A stretch of DNA of 64,000 nt, taken from NCBI RefSeq assembly GCF_003704095.1, contig NW_020843934.1:1-64000 (forward strand). Direction: 5' to 3'. Both the position numbers and the translations under genes were made by a program. Origin of the DNA: Pocillopora damicornis (taxonomy: Eukaryota). This document shows, in pieces, positions 49,201-61,200 of the stretch. The first letter of the stretch is position 1; every line of letters starts with the position of its first letter. The notes beneath the pieces are model-generated. The model searched no databases. It saw nothing but the letters and a program-made list of their open reading frames with translations, and had not been told where the DNA came from.

Positions 49201-52200
49201 ATGTCTTCTCGCGCGACACAATTTGACGCCGAAACAGGGAGACCGGGTGCACGGAGCGCGAGCCAGACGCGCTCTAGAACTGAAGGAAGGTACGAAAACA
49301 GCAGAGAAGGGCGAGGGTCTCACAGAGCTCTGATAGGGACTAGTGATGTGGAACCAACGGAAGTGGGCATTTCGCACAAAAAAGCTTACGGGAAGACAAG
49401 TGAAAAGACTCAACTGCGAATCTCTAAGGCGCGCACCCATGGTAGTCATGTTCCTACTTCAACGCTAAATGAGAGCTCGCAGCAAACTGTGGACTATGTT
49501 GCACCGCTCTTATCGGGAAGAAGCACGCAGGATCATTCTCTCAAATCGAGCTCGAGTCCTTACGCTAGTTCGGGAGCAGAAAGAACGAAGTTTATGGATA
49601 ACATTCCAGGGATACCAGCAAATGAACAGTTGACTCAGCGAGTCGACCGGGCCGGCCGCACGCTATTTCCGCCCCCTTCAGTCTCCAACTATGGACAAAA
49701 TGTTTCTTATCCCCCTGGTCTTTCATCTGACGTGAAAAGTTTGTCTAGGGACCCGAACAACACAAGTGATTTGGTTTTCAGCAAAGCTCCAACGAACAGA
49801 CACTCCAAGTCGGCCCGTATTAAAAGCCAAGAGGAAACAGAAATGCAATGGAATGCGACCCAGGAAAATAGCTATCGTCCTCGAGACGATCAGAGAGACA
49901 GACCTGCCGTGAACGAATTCCATTATCCGCGAACGTCGCGTGGAAGGCGTAATAAAGATGGCGCTAGTGTTGTTTACAACGATTTAAAATTTTCGGGATC
50001 GAACCGGCAAAATATTTCGCGACGATCGAACTCTACCTCTTATTCTGAGTCACCTACGGACAGCCAGGGATCTTCTACAGAATCTGAAAGCGATATTAGT
50101 TCATCTCCCGACACTTCGCTTAAACGCAGACGGCGCATTAGGCGAAAGCCGTCCAATAAGTCGATTGGTTCAAGTATGTACGGCGAAGACAATACCAGCG
50201 AGTCAGAAAACCAGAGCATCAGTGAATTTTCGGACACGAACAGTGGAGCGCACTCTCGTGGAAAAAGACGAGCGCAGTATGCGTCCGAAGAGCTAATTCC
50301 TTCGTCTTTTGTTAGCTACAAAGAGCAGCGAAGTGCTTCTGGCAACAAAATCCGATCGAGTAGTTTGACATCTGTAAGTTCTCTTGAGGGAGCAGGGATT
50401 ACAGGGGATTTTTCTAGAATCCAGTCACCGCTGATGTCCCCGAAAGGGACGGGCATTGCCAAAGTGAGAAAGGTCCAAATCCGCTCATTTACTTCATTTG
50501 CCGATAGTCATCTTTGTAATAAAGAAAACCAACCGCAGAGGAGAAGATCCCTTGAAGAAAGGGATTCTAGCTCAAAGAGCAAAGGAAGAGCACAGACTGA
50601 GGCATCTGAGAGAGAACAGGCTAGGGTAAGACCCTCCATGACCAGGCAAGGATCAGAGTCACCATCTCTATCCAGAAACCCATTCTGTCTCAAATCAAAG
50701 CCGTTAGGGCGGAAAACAAGTAAAGATTCACTCTTAAGTGATAGTGAAAGTAACCATAGTTATGATAAAGGGAATGTGAATTCTACTTTTGATTCAGGTG
50801 TTTCAAAGGAGGAAGAAGAGAGGTGTAATTCAGCACCTCCAGCACCTTCAGAAATTGTTACAAGGGACACTAGAGAATCCAGATTACATTCTAGTGTACC
50901 TGACAGTGGGCTACCTTCATCAAAAAGTGCATTTGTTCCTATTAAACCCAGCAAAAGAACTCACATGGACCATGAACAAGATCCATCATCAGGGACACCT
51001 GTCACATTTGCGGACTTGAGGCCAGAGAAAGGTGTTTTGAACAACAAAGATGTTATATTGCAGCCTGTGCCACGGCATGGTAATCGACCACTCTCCATTG
51101 TCCAAGAAACAGATGAATTTGTGAACCTTCAAAATGAGGATGCTTATGTTGCTGAAAATGTTGAAAAACTTTCCAAAAAGTCACATCTAACCAGGAGCCC
51201 CCCTATAAGGACTTCTCAGGACCATGCAAGAACATCGTCACCATCTCATGACGACAACATGTCAAAGTTACGGAGATTGTCCTATGTAAGGGCGCAGAAA
51301 AATGCTGCAGAACTTCCTATCCACTGTCCAGATTTAACTACCATGCAGCCACCAGACATTGATTCTAATTTGGATTCATCTCCTCTTTTAGAGAATTTTC
51401 AGTCTGCTGCTCAGTCTGTACAGAGGTTTAATGCCTATCCAAATAATGATACAAGAAAAGCTCTAAAAGAGTTTGATCCAAGTGACCCTCATGAGATCAT
51501 GCAAAGTACTAGTTCTCCTGTGGTGGCAGAAGGGGATTTGATTACTTTTGATGATGAAAACGGTGATGTAAAAGAACCGGTGAAAAAGAGAAAGAAAAAA
51601 ATTTCTCGACCTAAAATACCAACTATTTTAAGTGGTGAAGCAAGAGGTATGGTTGAGGAGAGTGATATGTCTTACAAGAAAGGTATGTCCAATGTAATTT
51701 TATCAATACGAAGTTATTGATTTATGATTTATGTCACATCTTTCCACAATTTAAATGCATTAGCAAGAAGGGACAATCGCTAGTTAAATTCCCAGAATTA
51801 AAAGGGAGCACCAAACTAGATAACTAGTAATTTTAGCTGATGATGCCATCAATCATTACTGTGATGAATGTATGAATGAAGAAATTTAAAAATGGATTGA
51901 TATCCTTTAATTACAATTTGGGACACGACCACTTCAACTCTCTTCATGAGAGATTCTCAACTTGATTTTAGCAGTTCTAAGCATATTTGCATTGAGAAAT
52001 CTTCAATGGTGTGGTTTGCATAATATTGAATAACACAGTGATGTAGCAGTCATTATCACTGACCTCTCCTTTCTTGCACAGAACTTTCAGACCTGTTTGA
52101 TGGGTCAAACAGAGATACCATTGTGGCCCATGAAAGTGAAGAAGACAGTACTCCCAGGGCAGCTTCTGATGCAGAGGGAAATGAAGCTGTTGATTCACTT

Positions 52201-55200
52201 CACTTCCCGGGCAGCAAAAAGCTTGACAAAGGATTACCTGGTTCTTTGTATGACACCAAGAACACTGTTTTTGATGATGGCAGCCAAAAAGTTCCACCAC
52301 ATAGGAGACAATTGAAGAAAAGGGCATCTCTGCCGTTGATCAAAACAGAATTCTACCAGGATGAAGTGAACATTGTTGAAGAAGCACCCAAACTTGATGT
52401 GGTGCAAGAATCACCTAGTTTACGGAAAGCAGAAACAATCACTGATCTTAGTTTGGACCAGATGCCACAGCACCTTGGGGTAATCTCATTCAACAGTGCT
52501 GATATGACTGAGTTTCAAGAAGGCAAGGGTTTAGAGAGCTGCAGTCCTCCCCTAGGGTCTGTACCATCACCGAGTCCCAGCCAAATAAGTTTTGATGCAC
52601 TTTCTTTGACAACCAGTGGCTTCAGTGAAACACATTCTGACCAAGTTAGTACGGGGGATCTGAATGTTGTGGACACCTTTCTAGGCATGGATGCTACAGG
52701 CAATATGAAGTCTCTGGATTCCTGGCGGTCCCAGAGTGACCCTAGCCATGGCACCCAGTTGGAAGACACAATTGCTGAGGCAGAGCTGCAGGCACATCGT
52801 AATAGCAACAGTGAACCTAATCTTTCTGCAGAGAAATTAAAGGAGGAGGCTGAGAAGTTGGCTAAAAGGGTAAATGGTGGAAGCCAGGGTGAAACCATCC
52901 CTAAGACGCATGTCATGACAGAAGGTGATGATGATGATAATGATGATGATAAAGACACTTTGTTGGCGGAATTGAGTCCAGATGATGGATGCTATGATCT
53001 GGAAAAACCTGAACGTCATACTAAACTAGTACCGAGAACAAAATCTGTGACAGGGCCAACCCCACATGCTTCACCAAGGCCACAAAGAGCAGCAAATTCT
53101 TTAGCTGTGGAAAAGGCTCAGGTGAAACTCAACAAACTCTCAGCAATGGAAACAATTATGGAAATGCCACATGCAGAACCCGCCATAGAAAAACCCAAAG
53201 TTGACAAGAAGCGAAGCCCATCAGTTGAAGGGAGCTGCATCTCCCCCAATTCTCCAGGGGTTCAAAAAGAGGACAAAAGAAAACTGTCAGTACCAAAAGA
53301 ACCAGGAAAGTCCCAAAAGTCTAAACATGTGAGTACTGTGTTAATGGTTTTTGTTGTACATTGTGCAGTTTCTCAGTATTTGTTTTAAAATGCATTGGTT
53401 TGTTTTTGTTTGTTTGCTTTTCATGGAAAATTTGAATAGAGGAAACATTTTCCCATTAAAACAACCAGTACTGTGCTCAAGCACAGCCTAGCAGCCACAA
53501 GAGACTAACTTTTGTCAACTGATAAACTTTGCTTTCTCAAAGTGGTAACATTTGGGAACCTAAGATTTATTTGATGAAAGCCTTTCAATACTCAGTAATT
53601 TTTCCAAGAGTGCAGTCTTGGCCATTCAGGAATAGCCTGTTTAAATGAAGTTTTTGCAAGTTTTGGTTAGCCCTTTATTTATTGAGTTTGGTTTTTATGG
53701 GATTTGGGAAGTTGCATGCCAATCTTTTAAGTTCAGCATGTGAAGAAATTCACATTTCAGTAGTATTTTCTGATGCAGTTCGCAGTGTATGTTATGATGA
53801 TTTTAGTTTTCATTCTTTCCCCTTTGACGTCATATGCCAGTCAAATGTTTATCTGTTTCCATGGCAATGGACAAATGAAAGGTGCAAATGTCAATTAGTC
53901 AACTGACAATTTTTAAAGACTTTTCTAGTATAGATATGTCATTTTTCATGATGTTCTCTATAGATCACTTAAAAATATTTATCATCACTAATTTTTGTCT
54001 ACAATGAAGGTTTCTCCTAAGTTATCCTCCACCAGTGTTACTACTCATTATAATGTACACTTCATATCTGTGATTTGTCTGGAAGGCAGGAATTTGTGAG
54101 CTTTTGATTACAATTTGAAGGTCAAAAGGAAGCAGGTTTAACCTGACAGAATGACAATGCAGATTTCTGCATTAGTTTTGTCATCTGTTGTGGCAAACTG
54201 ATTAGTTTGTCTTTTTCCACGGTAATTTGTAGATGGTATTGTTACCCAAAACATATCAACACATTGTTGAATTAAAAGTGAATTTAGTCTTACAATGGTC
54301 GGGAACACTTCTTCAGCTGCAGTTCAATTGATGTAGATTTGATGACCTGAATCTTCATTAAAATTTTAACAGTCTGTATACTCAAAAAATGTTAGTTATT
54401 TCATAACTTTACCTCATCTTTTTTGTTGCCAACTTTTCAATACAATCCAGGGGGTACAAGATTAGCCAACACTCATTCAAGCATGAAACAAACACAGTTG
54501 ATAAAGACAGCAAAAAAGGGAAGAGGGCTTTCAAATGAAAAGGCTGCTCTAAATTTAGAACAGAACTTTGTCTGCACACTTCAATTAAGAACTTAATAGC
54601 TCAAATTAAGACACTGTTGACTGTGTGAATGAGTTGAAATTAAATTGGATCTTAAGTGATGGGAGGGTTTGGACCATTTGTGAGTGGGAGCTAGATACAT
54701 TGAGATGATAACATGGCCTGTTTTTGAAGTCGTGCTGATTAGTCATCAAATATTGTATGAATTTTGATTGATGATGTTGATATTGATTTCCATAATGATT
54801 AAATATCTCCTTTCTGTGGTTAGGGTCTTTGTGTCAGCAAATAATAAAATTTTGTCTGTATCTTTTCTGTGTCCTGCATGTGAAGAGGTGGATTAAACCA
54901 CTGGTATGAAATTGAAATTAAAAACTGTAACTGTTGAAATAAGGTTTTACCATTAACCCTTGGGATATGATTGGTTTCATGTCAATGTTATCACAATGGA
55001 CACTTTGCTGATACCTTCTAGGCTGGATGAATATTGTGCAAAGTTTGTAATGTTAACACAATTAAAGCAGATAATAAATGGATGCATATGATATTCCTAC
55101 AGGGGTTTCCATTCAAATACAGTTTAACAAAGCTCTGACTGAGAAAATGCCTCTCATTCATGTGGAGTGCATATAAACCCTAACTAGCTCCCTGACTGAA

Positions 55201-58200
55201 GAGTTCACATGCTTGGATCCTGCTGGTATTCTAGAATAGTCTCTGAAAAAAAGAACAAAAAAATAGACCACTCAGAGCAGCTGCATTTTCTCTCATTAAT
55301 TGTTTCTCTGTTCCTCAGAAACATCCTTATTTTTGAAGAGGTGATTTGTAGCAAGACATGGCACAACCTTTTTTGTTTGGAAAGCACAGATCCTAATGAT
55401 CACTTGCATAACTGTACTTTCTATTAATCATAAATATCTCATGTATGAGAACATACAATGTCATGTAGTTTGGAATCATAGCTGTTTCACAGAAAAACCT
55501 TCCAGGACAAAAGCTTGTGATTGATCTAGGTTAACTTACTTGTACATCACATTTATTGTACAAAACCTGACAAATCAAGCAGACAAATAAACAAACAAAT
55601 GATAACAAAGACAACAACATGAAAACAGTTTTTACATCACTGAATATTGCTTTCTTTGATTTCTCAGACTAGCTCAACTTCATAACAAATCCACAAGAAA
55701 GATTTTTAAATGAAAGAGTTGTCTTGAAGGCATGTTATGGAAAGAGTTAAAGGGAAGAATAACCATAAACAGTAGTAATAGTTTATCACTTTTGAATTTC
55801 TTTTCAGGATCTGAGAGCCCATGTACTGAAGAACTTGGTTGATACTGAGATGTCCTATGTACAAAACCTTCAGTTTCTTGTTTTGGTAAGTTGACTTTTT
55901 GTTTGCTTCTATGCCGTATGTTAATGTTAGAAGTATACATTGATACATTTTCACTAGGTTGAATTAGGATTTGCTTTTATCTTCCCAACATTGAAAAGCC
56001 TTAGTATCAAAATATCTTTTCGTCTCATTTCCATTTTTCACACTTCTGTGTACTACCTTGTAAGAATCCGTGGTCATAAAATTCTTTCTTTGTACACTTT
56101 CTACTCTTACAATTTTTAACCCTTAAACTCCTAGAAGCGATTAACACGTAACATCTTCCTATAACATCCAGACATTATCCAGCCAATAATTAATGAGAAT
56201 ACTGAAATTTATCAGGTAGAAATTGTTAACTTGATTCACACCAAATTCTTGAAACTAATTTACAAAGAAAATTGTAGCAATGGGAGAATTAAAAATCAGA
56301 TCCTAGGAGTTAAAGGGCATTAACTATGGGTTTCAGGCTTTTTATGGAGTTGATCCATGGCGATGAAGAAGAATTTTAATTCAACAACAAATATTGTTCA
56401 CTTGCACTGAGTCATATCACTAGTAATTAGTACTTTTTTGTCCTGAAAGAAAAAATTGATGGATTTTACAGCTAAGTCTTTGGAAAGTATGGTATTTACA
56501 TGTTTGTAAATGCATTTCCTGCATGGGCCATTTTGAGAAATTAATTTGCGACAAATGTACACAATGCAACAAATGAAGTTTTGAATAGAGTGAATTGCAT
56601 GAAAAGAAAAGAGTTTTTCCTCGAATTTTAAGGTTTACAAGTCTGGGTATTCTTTGAGATAAACAAATCATGAGAAGAGAATGGTGCTTCCTTAGTTGGC
56701 CTTTCGAACCTACAAACAGATTATAGTTTAATTAAGACAATTTAACATCTAAATAATGCCTCTGTGCAAAGAGATATCACAAAACAAGTACCAAACTCTC
56801 CTAAAGTATGTGTGTGTGTTTGTATTAAATAATGGGATACTCATAATCTTATGATTATCCGGTCTTTATGAATCCGCTAATTGCACTCGTCATGGGATGC
56901 GTTTCAAGTAATTTTACTAAGAAGGTCATGATGGGTCTGAAGTGTGTTACCCTATTTTTAGATAGCAAGTTGTATTCCAAGACATAATTAGTTCTTATAA
57001 TTGACTTTGCTGAAAATTTTTCTGCAATTGCAGAACTTTTGGGCGCATGAAATAACCGTAACTGATGTCTAAATATAATCTTAAAGTTTGAATCAAATGA
57101 CTTTGAATTGATTCCAAGTGGGCCAAAATACCACAGATGCCATTCATTGTCGAACACTTCAGAAGATGAAAGAAAAATAGTATTGTATTGCAAATGGACC
57201 AAAATTGAAAAGATTGTTAATGTGTGCATCAATTAGTCGAATCTCTTTTTACTTAAGTGGTCATGCAATCATTCTTAAGAATTCTACTCCTTTTGAGAAG
57301 TTTATCAAATAAATGGAAACAGTAGATCTTCATATTGGTGAACTAGAAGAATAATATTGTTTTCTTGTTATGTAGGTACCAAAGTTATAATGGTTTATTG
57401 TCTATTCTGCCCAGTGCATATAACTTTCTTTCTGTTTACAGAGAGAGATCATTGTCTCGTTTGTTTCCCCGCATGTTTTAATTTCCTGTTGACATTAACA
57501 ATCCATCTTTGAATTTGTTTTGAATTGTTTTTTCTGTCATCTGTTGAAACAACAAGCTGGAGAGTGCTAAAATGTCTAAATCAATGAAAGGTGCTGAAAC
57601 AAGGAGAATGGATGGATGAGAAAGTGTTGCCATTTATTCAACAAGTTCGTTTGATTGAAGTATTGTTAGATACGAATAAACTCATTGAGGGCCAGTAATG
57701 AAAAATGCACATGGGAGCTTGCATGCTTTGGATATTTTCTCATGTAGATGTTGAAATTTGTACAGATCTTTTCTGTGAATGTATGTTACTTTTGTGAAGC
57801 TATATTTGCTCTTTTTTTGTTTTTTGTTTTCTGGCTTGTTAGCCACTATAAGTTTATACAAAAGATCTAGAAAAGGATGCAGGAAAATTTTTCTCATGAG
57901 TAGAGTGTGACGTGACAACAAATTACAAACCTGAACATGCCCTTCCTTGTTAACACTCTGCTGTTTGAACAAAATATGTTTAAGAAATTTGATATTTCAA
58001 AAAATGCGAACACAACAAAATGATTAATTTGCAAAATAAACTCCCACAAAATTGTCATGCTACAAAGCCTGTAATTAGATCTGTGAATAGCTACCCTTGG
58101 TTTTGACCTTGAAGAGTGAGTGAAGACATACACAGACCTAATTGAAGAAGTAAAATGTCATAATTATGTCAAGTTTCATGTAGCATTATTAATTAGTGGC

Positions 58201-61200
58201 AAAGCATCTGATAGTGGTTATGGATTTGAAAACTTAAAATCAAGGCCTTCTTTCCTTTTCACTTCACTTGTCACGTTGAAGTTGTTTTAAATACTGACCT
58301 CCTTCAACAATCTGCATTTGTTCTTTTTTGACAACAGAGCTATTACAAGGCATTAAAGAAGCAAGAAAACTCTGGGATTGTAGAGCCAGCACAAGTTGAT
58401 GAAATGTTCTATCAAATCCCTGAAATCCTGTTGTGTCATGAGTTTTTCCTTCAGCAACTGCAGGCCAGAGTTTCTGAGTGGCATGACAAGCAGAAGATTG
58501 GTGATATATTTGTTTCATCTGTAAGTACCTCAACTGACCAAAACACTTATGGGAATCAATATTTTATGGCTTACAAGTTAAACCAATTCAGTTGCAAAGG
58601 GTATATAAAGATATGTAGGCATATTAGACTTTGCCAAGGTCCCACCAGAGTCTCTCTGTGAGAAAGCCAGAAACATCAAGTTCACCAGGGAAACCTGAAG
58701 TCAAGTAAAGTGAGGGGCAACTTGCAACTTTTCAGGAAGAGCAGTAATACAATGTACATCTCGCCTCTTAATGTAATAAGGGAACAAGGATAGTGCAGTT
58801 AGAACACTTGCCTCCCTCTGCTTTGACTCATGGCATCACATGCTGGTTAAGTTCATTGTTGCTTCTTGTCCCAGCTCTGGGAGGTTTTCTCTAACTTTTC
58901 TGGTTTTCCTCCATAAACAAAAACAACTCTCCAACTCCAATTCAACCTGTAAACAGTCACTGGTTAGAGCTGCTAATTTATATTTATGCCACATATGCAG
59001 TTGTACCTGGGTGAACCCCTTCCCCGTGTGTTGGCATAAATCCTGGCAGTGTTGGCCAGACTTTTGCCCAGTTGTACACTATTACTTTCTTGGTTGTACA
59101 CTTGTGATGACTTCTTAACTCTTCCTCTTTTGAATTGAACAATTTGTATCAAAATAATTGTAATCAAATCATTTATTTTTAAGTAACTGAACACTTACAA
59201 GTATCTAATTTGTTGGTTTATTTTCAGTTTACCAAGTGTTTTCTGGTTGATGCATACAGTGCATTCATCAATCACTTCCTTCAAGCAAGAGCTGCAGTGA
59301 GAGTAGCAACAGTAACCAGACCAGCCTTTGTGCGGTACATGGAGGTACCATAAATTTTTTTTTTTTTGTTACCAAGCGTTTTCATCATGAATCATGTCAT
59401 TGTTATTGAAAGAGAAACTTTTTTTTTCATTACAGCAATGCTCACGTGAGCATAAAGAAAAGCTGACCCTTCAAGACCTGATGATCATGCCTGTTCAGCG
59501 AATTCCACGATACGAACTTATACTCAAGGTAAGTACATAGAGACTCTTTAAAAATGTGTGTATTATACATGTCATGACATGCAGTAGCTAGAGTTTTGTT
59601 CCGGGTCTTTGTAGAAGAGTGCGTAAACAGGGATCAAATTTAAATATAATTATTTAGCTGTCAAGATTGTTTATCAAACAAGCATTTCAGGGTTAGGGCT
59701 AAGTCCAAACATTCTGCATTCATTGAGGTCCATGAGAAACATCTTTTCATTTGCTGTTACAGGATATGATAAAGCATACACCACATGATCATCCTGATCA
59801 TGGAAGTCTTCAGCTTGCCCTGGGTGAGATAAAGACACTAGCAGACAGAATGAATCGAGGAGAAAAAGAGGTTGATCAAGCTGAAAGGGAAGCTGAGAGA
59901 CTCCGTGATCTTGAGGCAACTATTGAAGGGATGACAAATGTAATTAACTGGCTTTTGTTTTCATTCATGGCAATATAATGCATTCTATGCAACACGCTAT
60001 CATTATTTTGCTTCTTTAGTCCTTGTGTGAATGCTTTTATAGCCCCCCTTTCAGTTAAGCTTCTTGTTTGACTAAAGCCGTAATGTTCTAGAAAGCTCTC
60101 CCCTTCTGATCAGCCCCCCTCTCTTTTCCCTTTCTAGATAAACAACCCATAATAAATAAACACAGGGCAATATCATAATACTGCTATAATGACATGCAAA
60201 TGGGTATACCATAATATTGTTTTTGAGAAGCTTATTAGAGTGTTTGTGGCATTGTTGTCTGAGGTGTGGTGCCCCTGTGGCTAATGGACTGGACTTGGGA
60301 TTGAAAGATCTTGGTTTGAACTCCTCAGGATGTTGTGTTGTGTTCTTGAACAAAATGCATTTCTTTCAAAGTGCTTCTCTTCACCTGGGATTTGTTTTAT
60401 AAATGGGTCATGGCAAGCTGTGAGGTAATCTTGATAAAATGTAGGGGTAGGGGAGGTGGGTGTAACTTGTGATGAACTAGTTTCCCATCCAAGAAGAGAA
60501 GTAATACCTTTAGTTGTCCCATGCTACAGAAACCAGGATTTTCTCTGGCACCTTTTTAAGATGTAAGGACTGAAATATTTTTTTGTGAGATAGTTGTACT
60601 GTGAAGTGTACCCAACTTGACAAAAAATATTATTCTTTTTGCAGTTGGTGACCCCAACTCGTCGCTTAATAAGGCAAGACTTGGTGGCTGAGGTGGTGAG
60701 TAAATTATGCCAGACTTTTTGTCCTTTTTAGCAATAAGTATTCACCATGTTGAATACAGTACTTCTTCAATTTACAATCTGTTATTTTCTTAACAGAAAG
60801 GCACAATAACAAAGAAAGACAGGTGTCTGTTTCTTTTCAATGACCTGTTGGTATGTGCAACAGTCAAGCGGAAGGCAAATGCTCTCAGGAGAGGCTCACT
60901 AAGCATGTAAGTAGACAAACTACTTCTTTATGACACATGTAATAGATCAATGTGTGCTTGGTTATCAGCTGTGTAGGAGTCATACCTGTACCTATAATTA
61001 ACCCTGTAACCCTTAAGAGTGACTGGCATCTGATATCTCCTTACCATATCACCCCTGAATCAAACATTAAGGTCAGGAGAATGAAGGAGCTGATCACCCA
61101 CCAAAGAAGATCTTGATTGTTAGACAAATTCTCAACGTCAGCATCTTAGGAAATGATTAGAGAATAGTATGGAGAATATGCATACTGATTTTAGGGTGTT

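Noticed and set aside
48979-53019. Several minus-strand and alternative-frame ORFs
   Set aside because: Shadows of the long ARHGEF17 exons.
54451-54600. Exon-like purine-rich segment in ARHGEF17 intron 2
   Set aside because: The phase-0 frame needed for inclusion hits TAG after four codons, and there is no clear donor.
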